64,000 nt of DNA from Entomortierella parvispora E1425. Taxonomy: Eukaryota; Fungi; Mortierellomycota. The stretch lies in the NCBI GenBank assembly GCA_020891255.1, contig BQFW01000014.1, positions 558,001 through 622,000 of the forward strand, given 5' to 3'. The notes under the pieces were generated by a model, which had not been told where the DNA came from, made no database searches, and saw nothing but the letters and a program-made list of their open reading frames with translations. Both the position numbers and the translations under genes were made by a program. Positions within the stretch are counted from its first letter, which is position 1. Each line of letters starts with the position of its first letter. Positions 10,217 to 24,444 of this stretch are shown here, one piece after another.

Positions 10217-13200
10217 TTACCGCCTTAGTCGAACAAAGAAGGCATTGTGACACATCGCACTGTCCGGTGGAAGATACTCCTTGTAAAAATTGATCAAGAA
10301 CTGCTCTGGCTTGAATCCAAACTTTTGGTACATGATCTAGAAGCAAAGAAAAGAAACAGACATTAGTCAATCAACAATAGACAAGGAGAAAAGGGGAGGA
10401 GTGAGAAAGAAAGGGGATCTTACCATGGCTGGATTGTTGGCGCTGACATGAAGTGTAATGTCCCTGCCATTGGAAGCTTGCATCAAATGATAAAGCATGA
10501 ACCTAGAAAGCAAAAGAATAGAGTCAGCTACTGGGATTGTCTTTTGGTGGTGAACTTCGACAGCTCAGCCGAGAAATGACAAGAGTGAAAAAAAAAAAAA
10601 AAAAAAAAAAACTTACTGGCCAATGCCTGCCTTCTCCCATCCAGCTGATACGGCGACATAGGTGATGTACCCTTCAGGCGTCATGAATGCACATCCAACC
10701 ACCAACTTCTTGTAGAGGACCACTACAGAGTACTCGGGGTATTGCAGTGCTTCGGTCACTAGAATTCATAAAACAAGAAACAAGGTCAGTCAACAGTCTC
10801 ATATCATACTGACGCCGCTGCTCCATACAAATTATCCCAGACTTACTGTCAATGCCAGGCCAGAAACGCCTGCAGAGAATATCATTGACCTGCACCAAAT
10901 GTTCCCTTCTAAAGAAACAATAGTCGATGGGAGCACGACCAGCCAAGGGGTCCAGGCCTTGTGCTCCATTTGCCAAACCCAGCAACTGCTGCCTCTCCTG
11001 TTCTCGTAGTTGTTGTTGAAGCTGTTGATGACGCTCCATGGAGGATTGCTGACCAAAAGATGCCACCGTGTCATCTCTCTTTCGCTTCTTGGCCGCCGCC
11101 TTGCCCAAAAGTCCACTAAACGCTGGGTTGGTCCAGGGCGACGTCTTGGATGGGTGACCATCTCGGACCTTGATTTCATCCAAAACCTCCATCATGGCCG
11201 ATCTAGATTCATAATCTCGCCAGATAAAGTCGCTCAACACCTTGCCGGAGAAGGGACTCTTCCACACTGGATCCCACGGCTTTCGGGTCAGACACTCAAC
11301 AGGGTTGCCCAACAACCTCGATGCAAACGAATTTGCATAGGGTGTGTGGTCGATTTTCTGAATCTTTGCCTGGAACTGCTCCTCTCGTATCCGTCGAAGT
11401 TCGTATGGGTCTGGGGGGATATGTTTTGAAAGAGGCGTCAGGTCCAAGGGCGATGCAAGGTGACCATGCATGTACTTTTCCATGTCAAAAATCGGGAGGT
11501 GCAAAAAGGCCTTCAGTCTCTTGAGCTGCAACTTTCGCTTGAATCGCGCTGCTACCGTCGGTAAGGCACTCGCTTTGGAAGCATCCTCCAATACTTGCAA
11601 AATATGCCACTCCTGTTGTCGCTGCAACTGCTGAGCCGTCAAAACCGGCGGTGTTTTTGGAGCTGCCTCAGTCAAGGACAGCCCATCCAACGACGGCTCC
11701 GCTTGGAAAGTTGAATTGGTTTGCGCGCTCGCTGGTGTGTTGTTGTTGGCACTGGAGATAGCAGAGATGGGGGCGGATTTAGGGAGAACTTTGGCCTTGG
11801 CTCGAGGCTTTGACTGGTTGGAGTTTGTCATAGCGTTGATGTGGGCCTGAGAGAACTTCTTGCCGCCACCAATCCTGACATGGGCAGAAGTATGACCTGC
11901 GTTGTATTCGTCGGCCATGGATACATTCTTCATCTTGCGGGGTGAATCGTACTCTGCTGCAGGCTCCTTCAGTGAACTCTTCCTGCGTCCGTACTTTCCC
12001 CCAGACGTCGGCATCGCAAAAGAGGCCTTTCGACCACCCTTCTTTGGAGATGTGAGCGGGTCTTTAAACCTTTTTCCCGCTGTACGTTTGGCAGCCATGG
12101 CTCTCCCGTGCGCCTCACGTATACTTTCGCCTCCAAGGTGTCCATCTGATCCATCCGATTCCATGTCCGAGTCAATATCGCTGACATCAGATGATCCACG
12201 ATCTCCAATATCGTCGTCGGAAATGTCCGACATATCCTGTACATAATGGCTTTCGTCTATAATCTGTTGGACAGTCTCAGGCTTGATGTCAACCATAGAG
12301 GACTGATAGAAAGTCTGTTAATTTCGCGAATCATCAGGGACGCATCTGTGGGTAAAAAGAGGTAAACAGCAAACTCTTACCTTTCTCCTCTTCTTTTTCC
12401 CACCAACTGCCAAAGCACCGAGGCTGTTGACCCTGTGGATAAGTCTCCCTGGCGAATCTTCGTCGATAAGATCGGTCAAGCGGAAAATCTCTTCCAGATT
12501 AATGGGTCCACCTGAAAAATCGAGCCCAGACGGGTTAAAGTGATGTTGAATGCAAGCCGGGATTCCATGAAGATAAACCATGGGTCGGAATTCTTCCTCG
12601 TCATCCGACTTCCAAAAGTTGTCCCCTCCATCTGCCGAATCATCCGAGTCGCCTGCTGAAGAGAGTGAAGATCCTGATGACAGAGAAAACTGTCGGCTCT
12701 ATTTCGTCCAAAGGTGAACGAAGGATGTTGAGAAAAAGAAAAGGGAAAAAAGGCGCCGTAGCCCAAATGAGTAAGAAACTGCTGCATGGCCCAGAGTTTA
12801 TTACTCGAGACGATGGGGGGTGTTCTTCTTTGGTATAACGATCGAAACATGCTGCTCGAATACGGAAACTAGGGCTCTACCTTGATCCTGGTATTGGGGG
12901 CACTAGATGTAGGTCGAGGTTTCGCCGAGGTGTGGAAATCATCATCAGACGATGTTTCATCAAAACGGGTCTTCTTCTTCATGGGTGAACCCTTGGAACG
13001 CGCCCGTTTATCCTTTGTCTTTGATCCAGAGTGTTTGGATGCTCCTGTCTTTGGCACTGCCTTATTCTTAGGCTTCAATTCTAGAGCATCAGAAAAAAAC
13101 TGTTAGAATTTCATGGGGCAGCTCAATGTTCAACTGAACCAACTGCGAATTTGCAAGACTTACTTCTGTTCCTGTCTGGTGGTGCCTTTTCAATCAATGT

Positions 13201-14416
13201 CCACCAACCTGCATTAATCGAGGAAAATTCGAATTAGGACGCTTTCAAATGCCCATTTTTTTTTATATTACCCATACCTCATCACTCAAAAACATACCAG
13301 AAGTTCCTTTGGTCTCCACTCCTGACAAGAAAATATGGTTCTGTACTGATAAAACACTGGCAACAGTATTGTTCCAAGTGGGGGATTCTAAAGTGCAGTA
13401 GCAGCAGGGACAGTATTAGATTGCAATCACATCGAAACGCAGCATGGTCACTCTGCCTGTACAACTCCACTTACGCTCCTTGTCCGGCAAGAGATAGGAC
13501 CAATAATCGAAAATGAACTTGCAGATTTCCTCTTTCCAGCGAAAGTACTGCTGGTCAGGATGGGCGTCCATGAGATTGTAGAGCACCAGATGTACCAAAA
13601 TGACCCTAATAGATTGGGCCAGAGTTGTTAATAAGCCTGAACAAATACACCAGAGGCCACAACGGTCCTTCCGTAAGATGATGGCTGAATTACCAGCTCA
13701 ACGCAGCCCTCTCAAAGAACTCGGGGCCTTGGGTGCAAACGGAACATTCAAACTTGAAAAACTCGTCGCCTTTCAACAGAGGCTTTGTCAAGCAAGAAAC
13801 ACAGCCTGAAAAAAGCGCAGCAGACTATACGTTAGCATCTACTGGAGGAGATGGGAGTCTTTGGATACCACATAGACACCATTTCCACAAGCAACTTACC
13901 GGAATGGAACAGCTGTCCACACTTTTGGCATGGCAGCATGGGCTCATCCCTACCAGCATACAACCCATTGTTAGCTCTCCGTGGGTAATTAGGTTCAAAT
14001 GAACCATCAAAGTACAGATGTAAACAGGCCACAATGTCCTTACGGTTCCTTGTCCTTGCCACAATAACAGTAAGTGCCTTCCTCATTGCTCTTGTGGTCT
14101 GCGGCCCAGTGCAGCTCTTCTGGCTATATGGCACGATTTCGGAAAACACGCGTTAGCATATAAGGTACATTAAACATTAACCGCCTAATTGTCTGCATCA
14201 ACACTGCAGCTTCATGGAATTTCCAAAGAAGTAAGCTTCAAGTGAGAGGAATCAATCCAGACATCAATTCCCGCGCTGTTGGTGTTGTATTGGGTCCCAA
14301 TCACACAGTTCATGGGGGACATCTTGGACATGATTGTATATTGGCCACGACGTGTGTACCTCGTATGGAAATTCGGTCACCCGGCTCCGCTTCTGTTGCG
14401 AGCCGTGGGCAGCCAT
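10217..14416 (-). CDS. KAT14: KAT14/CSRP2BP/ATAC2-like histone acetyltransferase (N-terminal PHD-like Zn finger and winged helix, C-terminal GNAT)
   Basis: About 14 exons: 14416-14360, 14123-14044, 13949-13900, 13805-13694, 13605-13475, 13387-13298, 13208-13164, 13080-12881, ~12851-12806, ~12675-12379, 12302-10847, 10758-10617, 10502-10424, 10336-10217. N-terminus YCYCGK...CQKCGQLFHSGC...LLKGDEFFKFECSVC...W..LVLYNL...TWNNTVASVLS...GWW. C-terminus FWPGIDMTEALQYPEYSVVVLYKK...FMLYHLMQ...DITLHVSANNPAMIMYQKFGFKPE...NAFFVRLRR, close to human KAT14 as recalled. The start codon and the two middle exon boundaries are less certain. Confidence 0.88.
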
Positions 14417-17400
14417 CGCTAGCAAGTGATGTTGTCCAAGTGTAAGCTGGCTGTTGAGAGAAGGCGAATTGAAAGAGGGAAGGAGCGATCACAGATGTAT
14501 GAAGGTTGTAGGAGAGGCAAACAGGCAAAATGGCAGCACATTGCAAGTGCCCACAGTTCTGGCAACAAAGACAACATGGAAAGCAGTCACTAAACGCCAC
14601 CAATTTTGTTCACGCGTTGGGTCGCCCAAAGGAGACCATTTTGGGCGACCGCGGTCCTGCGACTATTCTCCTCTTCACGGCCTTTCCACTCTGGCTGCCG
14701 ATGATCGTTCTCAGGGATAGGCCTAATGGACTCAAAGCGTTTAACCCTGGCGCGGTTGTGACGAGGTAAACGTCGGATGAATTCTTCAAAATCAAAACAG
14801 ACAGACGGAAGGTCATCCTGCCCACGTTGCTCCTGCCTTTTGTTTTTCAAGCGTAAAGACCCAAGGCGGTTGCTCATCTTCCAAAAAGTATTCCCACTGG
14901 ACCCGTACGTTAGTGGAATACACAATAATGACCCCTCACGGTTCCAATGACTCTTGCAGCCCCATCTTATTCCCCTCCCCTCGCCCTCGAGTTGTGTTCC
15001 TCCAGTTCTCCCTCTCTTTTTTTTCTTTTAACAAACAATGGAGGCCACATGCTTTGCATTGACCGATAGAAAAAACAATGACCCTTGATATTATTGTTAT
15101 CCGTTAAAAAAACCAGGTCACCCTGTTGCTCACTGTGCCACGCCGATTCTGTTCCCCCCCTCCACAAACACATTGCTCCTGGGCCACGCTCGATTTCGAT
15201 AGAAAAGGAAGGCTTTCAATAAGAACGGTATTACCGTTGTTGATGAAATACAGGTTTGCACATCAGGGCAATCCTTTTCTTTTGGCTCTCCAAGGACACA
15301 AGGTGCCTTTCATTTCAAAAGAAAGAAGCAATTGCTCAGGTCGCACAAGCTGCTCTCGCCCTCCCTCCTTGTCTGTGCAGACGGGAACCAGAACGGTCCA
15401 CCAAAACAAACTCATCTGTTGGGTAAGGGTACAAAGCATTCAATGGACCGCCTTTGAAAAAAAAAAAAAAAAAAAACTTCTTGTTATCCCAGCGTCCGTT
15501 TGGAAACACGCCTTTCTTTCCTGCCCCCTCCTTTCCTTGTGGGTGGACAAGACCAATGAAAAATGGAGGGAAAGAAGAGGGTGGGTGCAATGTGAAAAAG
15601 GGTGGGGAGGAGCGAGCGCCGTGAGAGCTATTGTTGGTTTTTTCAAACACCAAAGAAGTAAGAAGGATGCTCAAATCATGATGCTGGATTGGATCAACCA
15701 TCGGCCTCGCCTGCCTCTTTGCTTTTTTATTTGTTGATTCCCTCAAAGGCTCAGTGCCTTGTTCCCTTTTTTTTTTTTTTTTGTTCATCACTAGTTCGCT
15801 CGCGTAAATCTGATTAACAGTGGCAGGCCGTCCTTCCTCCACTAGTGGCTAGCGACTTTTGTCAATAAAATTTTGTTTCTTCGTTGTGAGTGGTGGTAGA
15901 TATCGTTCTGTTTGTTCCGCGGAATCATCTACCCCTTCAAGGAAAAGGAGATCTTGCGATTTAGAGTCTCGGTCTAACAAGAAGATCTGAACGAACAAGA
16001 AGTGCGCGCGTCCATCATCCCACGTACTTCCAAAGCCGTATCCCAGCGCCCGACGCCAGGAGCAGGAAGTTTAACTGAATGCAAGAGAAGATGGGAACAA
16101 AAGAGGGTGAAAGCACATTTATGCAATGCAGGCGCCCCCTGCTGTTGACTTTGATGCACAATGACCAGCGTCTTTCCTTCAATGGTTCCAATAATGGCGC
16201 ACTTACTTCTCCAATGGCAAACCATCCAGAAAAAAAAGAGCCAGAATGGGACAGCAGACGTACGATTCCCAGCACAAGGTTGGGAGCCTTTCGTTCATTT
16301 CTCCCTAGACTCTCATTCCCTCTCGCCCCGTTCTGAGGGTCGAATGATCAAAGGATTGACTGTTTACGCCATGAGGCGTTTTGCATTGTGGCAGGTGGTG
16401 AAGAAAAAGGCAAGGGGAGAATAAGGTGGCAGACAACTTGCTCCGGTCGTTCAGGGTGCGTGTGAGAATAAAAACGCCGAAAACGTCAGACAGTGTCCCC
16501 ATCGCCGACCTGCTCAACTGTGGCCAAGGGAACGGAAGGAAGCGAGGGAGAGAAAAAAAAGGCTCGCACAAGCAATTGCAACAAGAAAAACCATAAAACG
16601 ACATTCAAGAAAGATCCCTCGAATCATATTTTCCTTTGTGATCAAGAGTGATCTTTTTTCTTACTCTTTCACTCATTGCTGCTCCTTCTCATCCTCTCCT
16701 GATGAACAAAACATGTCGGGGGAAGAAAAAAAGGCGACGACGGACGTACAAATGCAGCGAGGAATGGATCCTGTGGTTCGCGCTCTTTTTTTTTGCAAGA
16801 TGTTGTTTGACCTTTGTGTTCAACGCCCTGCTTTTTTTTTTCTCTTGCCTTCTCCCCAAAATCGTTCAAGAGCTAAAGGAAACTATGAATGGGACTTTGC
16901 TAATGTCGACCCTTGTTCATCTTCTTTTTTTTTGTTGTTGTCAAGTGTTTGGCCTCATTTTCACACTCCGTTTCGGTCGCACAGCGTTTCCCGGAGTTTT
17001 TGAGTCTTTTGAGATGCTCCTCTCTCCCTCTCCTCTCGTTCTTTGTACCCTTCTCACTCTGTGCGTTGTGTTGTCGTCTATTGTTGTTGACCCTTCTTTT
17101 TTTTGGCACCAGAGGAACGGATGCGATTCGTTCATGCAACTCAGACGCTAACAATGGAGGGAGATGTCAAGCTGCCATGCATGTTTTGTTGTTGTTTCAG
17201 CGAACCCTGCTCTGTTCAACTTGCTCGTGTCGAAGAACAAGTGACTTTTTTGTTTTTTTTTATTGTTCGTAAGGTCTCGAGTTGAGCTGAAGAAAACATC
17301 AAAAGAGTTCGTGGGACCGAGCGAGGGGTAAAGAAAGAGTCAAAGAGGAGATGCTGGCTGTAACTCAAAGTCGTTTTGGTTCATCGTCGTTCGCTCTTGC

Positions 17401-20400
17401 AACTTTTTTTTTTTTTTTGGACCACTAGCAAGCAGGATCAAAGAAAAAAAAAGAAGGATTCCCAGGAACTTTACTTTTCTTTAGTTCTTCTTTTCTCCGT
17501 TGGCCCCAGCAACAAAAGGGGGGTACGGGGCAGACACCTTTCAGCAAGGAAGTTCAAACAAGAAAGAGTTGTATGAGCTTGACATCAAGCCTGTCACCTG
17601 TCGAGAGAATTACGAGACCCCTCTTGGCAGTCAGTCAAAGCCAAGTTCATTATTCCCTGGATTTTCACGCGTTTTTTTGTTTCTTAAATCGTGCCTGGTC
17701 CGAAACATGAATGGGAGAGAAAAGAGGTGGGATGTTGTTTGAAAAGGAGAGTGATGATACAGCAGAACTCTCCTCAAGTTGGGTTCTCGGAGGAGGAGAG
17801 TAAAGTTAAGCGCTGATCTCAAGAACCAACGACACGCTTGTGACATTGTGGGAAGGACATCTCATCATAGTCTCAATCTTGAAAGACACTCTTCTTCATC
17901 ATCCTGGAAACTCTAAAAGGACCCTGCTTCGTTCCCACTCTAGGTAAAAGTTCACCAGTTCCGTACCTTTTTGGGGGTTTCGATTTTGTGGAGAGATACA
18001 GCAGATCGCTGAGGGCTTTGCCATTCATGAGGGCGTAGGGAGGGCAGAATCGTCCATCTTGGTGCTGCTGACCCCACGAGGATGGAGAGGACTTCCTTCC
18101 CGGGGCGACACATCGACCTATCGGCGACAACTCGGCAGCATGGTGCTGGGATGTGGATAAACTATGACTGTTCCCGCTGCTTCAGAGCAGAGTAGGCAAG
18201 ATGGCAAGTGCAGGCTGGATAAACCCAGGCAAACGGCAATTGACCGAAAGTAAAAAAACAACAACAAAGAACCCACCTTCAGACATGGTTTGGAAATGTG
18301 AATCGAGCGAAGGGCGGGCGCTGGTGCGGATCATGCAATAAAAATTTGGCCAGATACGAAAGAATCGGGCACCACCTTATTGAATGCTCAACAATCTAGT
18401 TTTCTACAATTGAATAGAGCCAAACACAACAACACAAACACACACAACCATGTTGGTTGCCAGAATTGAATGTCCTTCACCTTTTCCTCTTGCCTCTCTT
18501 AGTTGCATGCTCAACTTTCTATCCTTCTATTTACACGCCCAAATAAACAATGGACCTTTGCTCTCTGTGTTCCGTTTGACAGAACCAGACTAAAAAGACG
18601 GGCGAAAGAGGTTTTCGTTTTCTCTTCTGCACATGCTCTTTGTGTGTCTGCAGCTCGGTTTGTCTAATTGACCGGGTTCTAAACTATCAAAGTTATTTTT
18701 GTTGCCTACACCTTTGTTTCCCCCCAGCAGTAATCGCCTGTCGTTTCGACCTTGCAGATCGTATCAGAGGAAGCCCAGCTTCATTGAATGAAGGCCTTTC
18801 TCGTCCTATGGCCCGACATCGTGCCGCACTCCAGTAACCTCTTGTCGTTTTGCTGATCAGCCAGAAAGCCCAATTGCATCCTTGCCGTGTTTGTTGGATC
18901 TCATCAGCGCAGATCAGAGCGATCCACAAACACTTCATTCCGCAAGCACAAAAAAAACAAACATTTCTTTTTTGTGCGGAATAGAATATCATTCCTGCTG
19001 AATCAACTTCAGTGATGGCAGGCAGGGTCAAATTGAAGTAAGCACGCCCTGTCCCTGTCTCAACCCTGCCCCAGCAGCAGGGTCCTGCTCAACACAACCT
19101 CTCTTTATGAAACCTAATGAACGCGAGAGCGATCATATTCCCTTATTCTAATTTCAACTGACGCCTTATCAAGCACATGCGAGAAAGTGGACACTGAGAT
19201 TCTTTCCTCGCTTTAACGGGATCAGTTTTGGGGCGTGTTGGGAACAAACCCGAGATGTTGTGGCACAGTTGAGCAGAGGGTAGTGGCTATCGGTCTATCA
19301 AATGGAACTGTGAGAAAATATTGGGAGGGCCAAGATGCCGTCGCACTGTGCCTCCCCGCAGGTAAACAGCGGCAGCAGCAAGAGGCGAAGGAAAGTGAGG
19401 GAAATTACCTTGTGCGCCTGTGGCATGCAGAGTGAGCACAACGATTGTAACCACGCCACTATGGCGCTGAAAAGGATGGGAGAGTCATGGACCCAAATGC
19501 CATCATGGGTTATTTTTGACCTGATTCCTCATCGGCCAATCTTTGAAAATAGCCACAGAATTCGCGCGCGAAACCAATTGATGCTGCATATCCTTGGTGC
19601 TACTGTACGCATGGTTATCACAACAAGAGCATCGTCACGTTGACCTTTTGGTGTGGACGCGAACCGAAAGGCATTTCACCTCCCGTATGCCCCCCAAAAA
19701 CAGGAGGAATGAGAGTCCAAGATCTGTCCTCTCCGTCCGTTGCATGCCATACCCATTGTTCATTCCAAGCAATGGTGTGTCCGACGGCAATTAACTTTAT
19801 CTCTCTGAACTGCATCCATTTTGCTCATTTTTTTTTCTTTCCCTCTCTCGCTCTCTCTTTCCCTCTCCCCTCGCCTTCCCAACGGTCGGCCTCTCATGTT
19901 TACCGACACGAGCACACCCCCCACTCGTGCATTAGGGCCGTTCAGGACAGTGGAAGGAACAGAATGAGCGATGAGACGCTTGTTGAATTGCTTTTTTTCT
20001 TGGTTTATTTGTCCCATGTTGCTCACAATCATAGAAAATGAACGTTTCATTTTCTCTGCCTCTCTGTTAGCCATTCATTTGTCTGGAGAGAGGCGGGAGA
20101 AAGAGCGAAATGACGAGTAGCTTTGACCAACATGTTTGTTGCGCGCCCTTGAACCATATCACCTTCTCAACAAAAGAGCCAACTTCGGGAGACTCATCCG
20201 AAAACTCCTTGGCGCCAGAACGAAGATAAAGAGAGGGGAAAAAAGGTAGAACGCCGGTGAGCAAAAAAATACACCCTGCCAGTTAAGGACAGGAATCGCA
20301 TCATCATCGTGTCCAACAAAAAAAAAAAAAAAAAAAAAAAAGTAATGAAGCGGACCATTGATCACAAGAAAATCTTGCTCATCTTTCCCAGCGTGCACCC

Positions 20401-21567
20401 AAAAAACCCCCCCAGGAGGTGAGGAAAGTAAAGAGGCATTTGCTTGGGCTGGTGGTCAACCACAAGGTCCTGCCACGCGCAGAGAGTGTTGACTCTGCGG
20501 CGTAACATGGCCCGGTTTATCCTGGTTCATCCAGGTGGGCAATAGTCAAACTCTGTCCTTGTTGACCGTGTCACTGTTGACAAAAAGAAGCTCCTCCTCC
20601 CCCACAGGCAGCAAAAGTGGGTTAAATCGATGGTACGATGCACAAAAGATCAACCTTGCAGCTGAACGATGTGATTCTTTAGCGCAAAGCCTGTCGGAGC
20701 CTTTTGCCTTAGCTTGAACCAAAAAAAAATCAACTGGAGTGAGAGAGGCGGACAATGTCAACTTTTGGAACAGGAAGATCCATCGCCCCATGCTCTCAGG
20801 CAAAAAAAAGAAGAGCAAACAAACAAACACTCGACGCAAGGCAACGCGACGACTGAACGAGAAGGAGGCGTGGAACTTGTTAAAGTGTTGTGATACCGGG
20901 GTTGATTTTTCTGCTTTGTTATTAGTTCTTCCTCTTGGCTCTGGCCCACAGAGTTGGTTGTGGGTGGGCTTGTAGGCTTATACGTCTTGGGAGCGGTCCT
21001 TTTTATCCATCTAGACTAGACCCGTCGCTTTCGTCATGTAGACCACAGTCATCTTCTACACTCAAACAGAATGCAGGAGAACAGAAACCGTGTGGTTTAG
21101 GTAGGATGACTCTCCTTTGTCAGTCCTCCCAGCACTGTGCAGAGAGAAAGCGGGGAGGGGATCGAAAGATGGCCCCAGGAACCAGGTAACAGGGTCGGAG
21201 GCAGCCCTCCAAGACGATAGCAATCACGTTTATGAACTTGAAACCGATTTGCTTTCCCTGAAGTCAGACCCGTCAGGCGATGTGAGGGAGCAGGGCACAA
21301 GAGCAACAATACGGGTCATCCGTCCGAGAGTTCGGCCGATCGCACTCCTCAGACAGACGAGAGGAATCTGGGTTGAACCCTTTCTAGAGACCGAAGGGGC
21401 CACTGAGACAGAATGATATATTGGATTGTTGACTGGCCTTCAATTGCGGACGATCGCATTTGGCAGAAGCGACGCGGGGAAGAAGAACTCTGTGAAGAGA
21501 AAAAGGCACAACGACAAAGGGGATACTGTACAAGAACAAGGTCGGGCGATCAGGCCGTTTCCCTGTC

Positions 21568-21570
<3 letters not shown>

Positions 21571-21628
<58 letters not shown>
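21571..21628 (+). repeat. (TC)29 microsatellite followed by a poly-T run
   Basis: 58 nt of perfect TC dinucleotide read directly. Confidence 0.95.
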
Positions 21629-21630
<2 letters not shown>

Positions 21631-23992
21631 CGAGAGTTTTTTTTTTTTTTTTTTCCCTTTGTCTTTTTGTTAGAGTTATCAAGAGCGCATCCATCGCTGG
21701 CGTGCTTTTATTGTTCATCTTGCTCGCGCATTTCACATCCCACTCGGAAACGTGCCTGGGAGCAACGTGCAGGCTGAGAAAGGACCACCAGGCCATCCAG
21801 GATCATTTTCCCAGGCCCTCCCACTGCCGTCTCGGCACCCAGTACCTGAGTCCTTTTTTAAGACCTTCAAGGCCCGCTGAGATGAACCCTGTTTGTCGCT
21901 GAGGCATCCGCCGGGTTTTACCCTGGCACAAAGGCGCTGGTTCTGGAGGCAGATCATCCGACGTTCGAGAAAAAAAATCGCAGAGCAACAGGAGCGCGGG
22001 CGGAACTTTAACAGAGGGCCAAAGTGTGAAATCATGATGGCCAGTGGGTGCAGGCGAGAATACGCAAGGAAGAGGCAAGGGTTCGGCGCCGAAGCTGTTG
22101 ACGCCCCGAAATGAATGGACGAGCCTGTCACTGGAGGGCGAGGCGAGAAGGTGGCGACAGTATCAACGACAACAATAACAGCAGTAATCAACACCATCAA
22201 CAATCAACATCGCCAGCAACCCTTTCAGGGTGCAGGTGGTCAAACAGAGGATATGGTTTTCAGTTGTGTCCCAACCATGACGACCTCAGAGCGCAGGATC
22301 AGAGCAACGAGATACAGAGCAGAAGAGGGTGGCCATTCAATTCAAAGGCGTGAACCTTTGACTTTCATTCAAGGTTGCATTGTCCAACTCACAAGCTGTG
22401 CGCAAGCAAAAGAACTATTGAATTGGCAAGGTCGAGATTGAATAGAATAAAGAAGCAATTGAAGGAAGGGAACAAGGGAGGGAGAAGGAGAACAAGAGAG
22501 CGCTGTGGAGGGGGGCGAACACCCGTTTGAGCGCCTGGGGCAAGCATAAAAAAATAAAAAAAAATAAAAGTCCAGCTCGCTCTTGCTCTTGACAGTGGCC
22601 CTGCCATGATGATGAACTGATTTTCTCCCCCTTTCACCTGTTTCCACTCTTTTCTTTTCTTCTTCCTCCTCTTCCCACTTTTCTTCTTTGCATCCTTACA
22701 CACACTCTCTCCATCTCCCTTGCATCTCGCTCCTTTTTCCCTTTTTACCTGCACGGGTAACCTTCGCGTCCCACATCCACCTTTTCTCGATTTGCCTCTG
22801 TCAGCCATTCCACTCTTACCCTATCCTGGACCGTCCTCGTACAGACAGAAACCACCTTTTCGCCAACCTTCCTCCTTCTTGCTTCCCTTTCTCCCTGGTC
22901 ACATCACCTCGCATCGTATCCACACCCATCGCATCTTCCCGTTCCAGCATACGAAATCTCTACTTCGCCGCAACCCATCGACGATCGCGATTTGCACCAG
23001 CCTTTTAGTATCCTCAACGTGAAATGTAGGTCCCCTTCCCTTTTTACCATTCAATCTTCCATCATCCACAACTGGCAACAGCGGCAGTAGACAGTCTGCT
23101 CCTCCTCCTCCCTCGCTCTCTTCCTCTCTTCTTTTCTCTTTCTCTCTCGTGTTCCCAATTCTTTGGATCTCAAAGAAGGACTGGAGGCAAAAAAGAGTCC
23201 CTTTTCGACAACTATATATTTCTCGACCTCAACGAAAACAAGAATTCGACTCTTCCCTCTTTCGTGTCGCCAGTCTTTTCGTTATATAACCGTCGTGTAT
23301 TGTCTTCCCTTTCTGCCCTTTCTCTCCCCCCCCTCTTCCTGCCTCCTGCCTCCTGCATCCACCTCCTGGCGTCCTACCTCCTTTATTTTTTTTAATACAT
23401 TCCTTCCCCCCTGCCACACCCGACTTTCAGGACAAAGGGTACGCGGCGCAACGACTCCCAAGGAGGAACCAAAAAAAAAACGGCCGCCTCTCGCACATTC
23501 TCTCAACGTCGATCCGGCACAACCCCACACAGTTCTGAACAGCTCCCCAGCCCTTTCTGTGAGTTGCACGACACCGTGCTGCACTGCACCGGAGAATTGG
23601 CCGTGAACACACACACAACAACCCATCCTATTCAGTCCAATTCAGTCCGTCTGCACTTAAATGCAACTTTGTTTCCTTCCCCTCTTTGGGCGCCCGGCTT
23701 GGGCTTCCTTTTCCTTTCTCGCTTGCCCCTCTTGCTCTTTGCGACTAGTCTTTCAACTTCCCTCCCCCCCCCACCCTCATGCTACATTGTGCAGTGGTTC
23801 GGCTGATAACAGAGTCTGTCAATGATCATTAGTCATGGTTTCTAAACACCTCTTTTTTCTCTTGTCTTGTTGCTGTGCACCCTCATGTTGGATCCCACCC
23901 TAGACCAAGCCCGGCGCCTTTTCCGTCCTAATCAAACAAGGTGTCTCTCATTTTCCCTTCGTTGCCTTATCCACACTAATGACCCTTGCGCT

Positions 23993-24438
23993 GTAAGTTC
24001 TTCCTCCGCCTTGTCCGTCCGTTGATTTGGGTTGCAGTTTGGCCGATTGCTTACCAGGGTTGGCATGGGCCCAAAAAAAAAAGGAATAACCAGGGTCCGA
24101 ACTAATCCTGGCCTTTGCTCTTTCTCTTTCTCCTCCTCTTCCTCCTCTTCCTCCTCTTCCTCACTACTGCTGCATGCATCCATCGTCATTGCCTTTGTCC
24201 CGCTCTGCTCTTCAGGTCTTAACGAAACACACCCTGATCCGCCAATCAAGCCAAGCCAACTCCGTCTTCCCACTTTTCGGTTCTCCGCTGCCTCTTGGCC
24301 CCTGAATACCCCTCATACCTTTCACTTTTTTTTTTTTACCTCTTTCTCCTATTACGTTTTTGGTTCCTGCCGATCTCTGTCTTGTCACACACACAATCCA
24401 TTTGATCTTCGATCTTCCTCTCTTTTTTTCTCTCCAAG
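23993..24438 (+). other. Probable 5'-UTR intron of the C2H2 factor gene
   Basis: Donor-like gtaagt at ~23993 and a long pyrimidine tract ending in ccaag just upstream of aagatcATG (24445). Not confirmed by transcript data. Confidence 0.45.
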
Positions 24439-24444
24439 AAGATC

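Noticed and set aside
14590-14925. 111-aa minus-strand ORF upstream of KAT14 as an extra exon or gene
   Set aside because: No recognisable domain, and no donor site in the phase needed to join the next exon; at most a uORF or a chance ORF.
14940-21115. Scattered TGACTC/GAGTCA hexamers as Gcn4 sites (~14949, ~19484, ~21107)
   Set aside because: Three hits in several kb is what chance predicts for a hexamer, and there is no clustering.
21733-22203. 156-aa ORF with a signal-peptide-like start (MLMVLITAVIVVV)
   Set aside because: The hydrophobic start is the antisense reading of a CAA/AAC-rich low-complexity tract, and the rest has no protein-like pattern.
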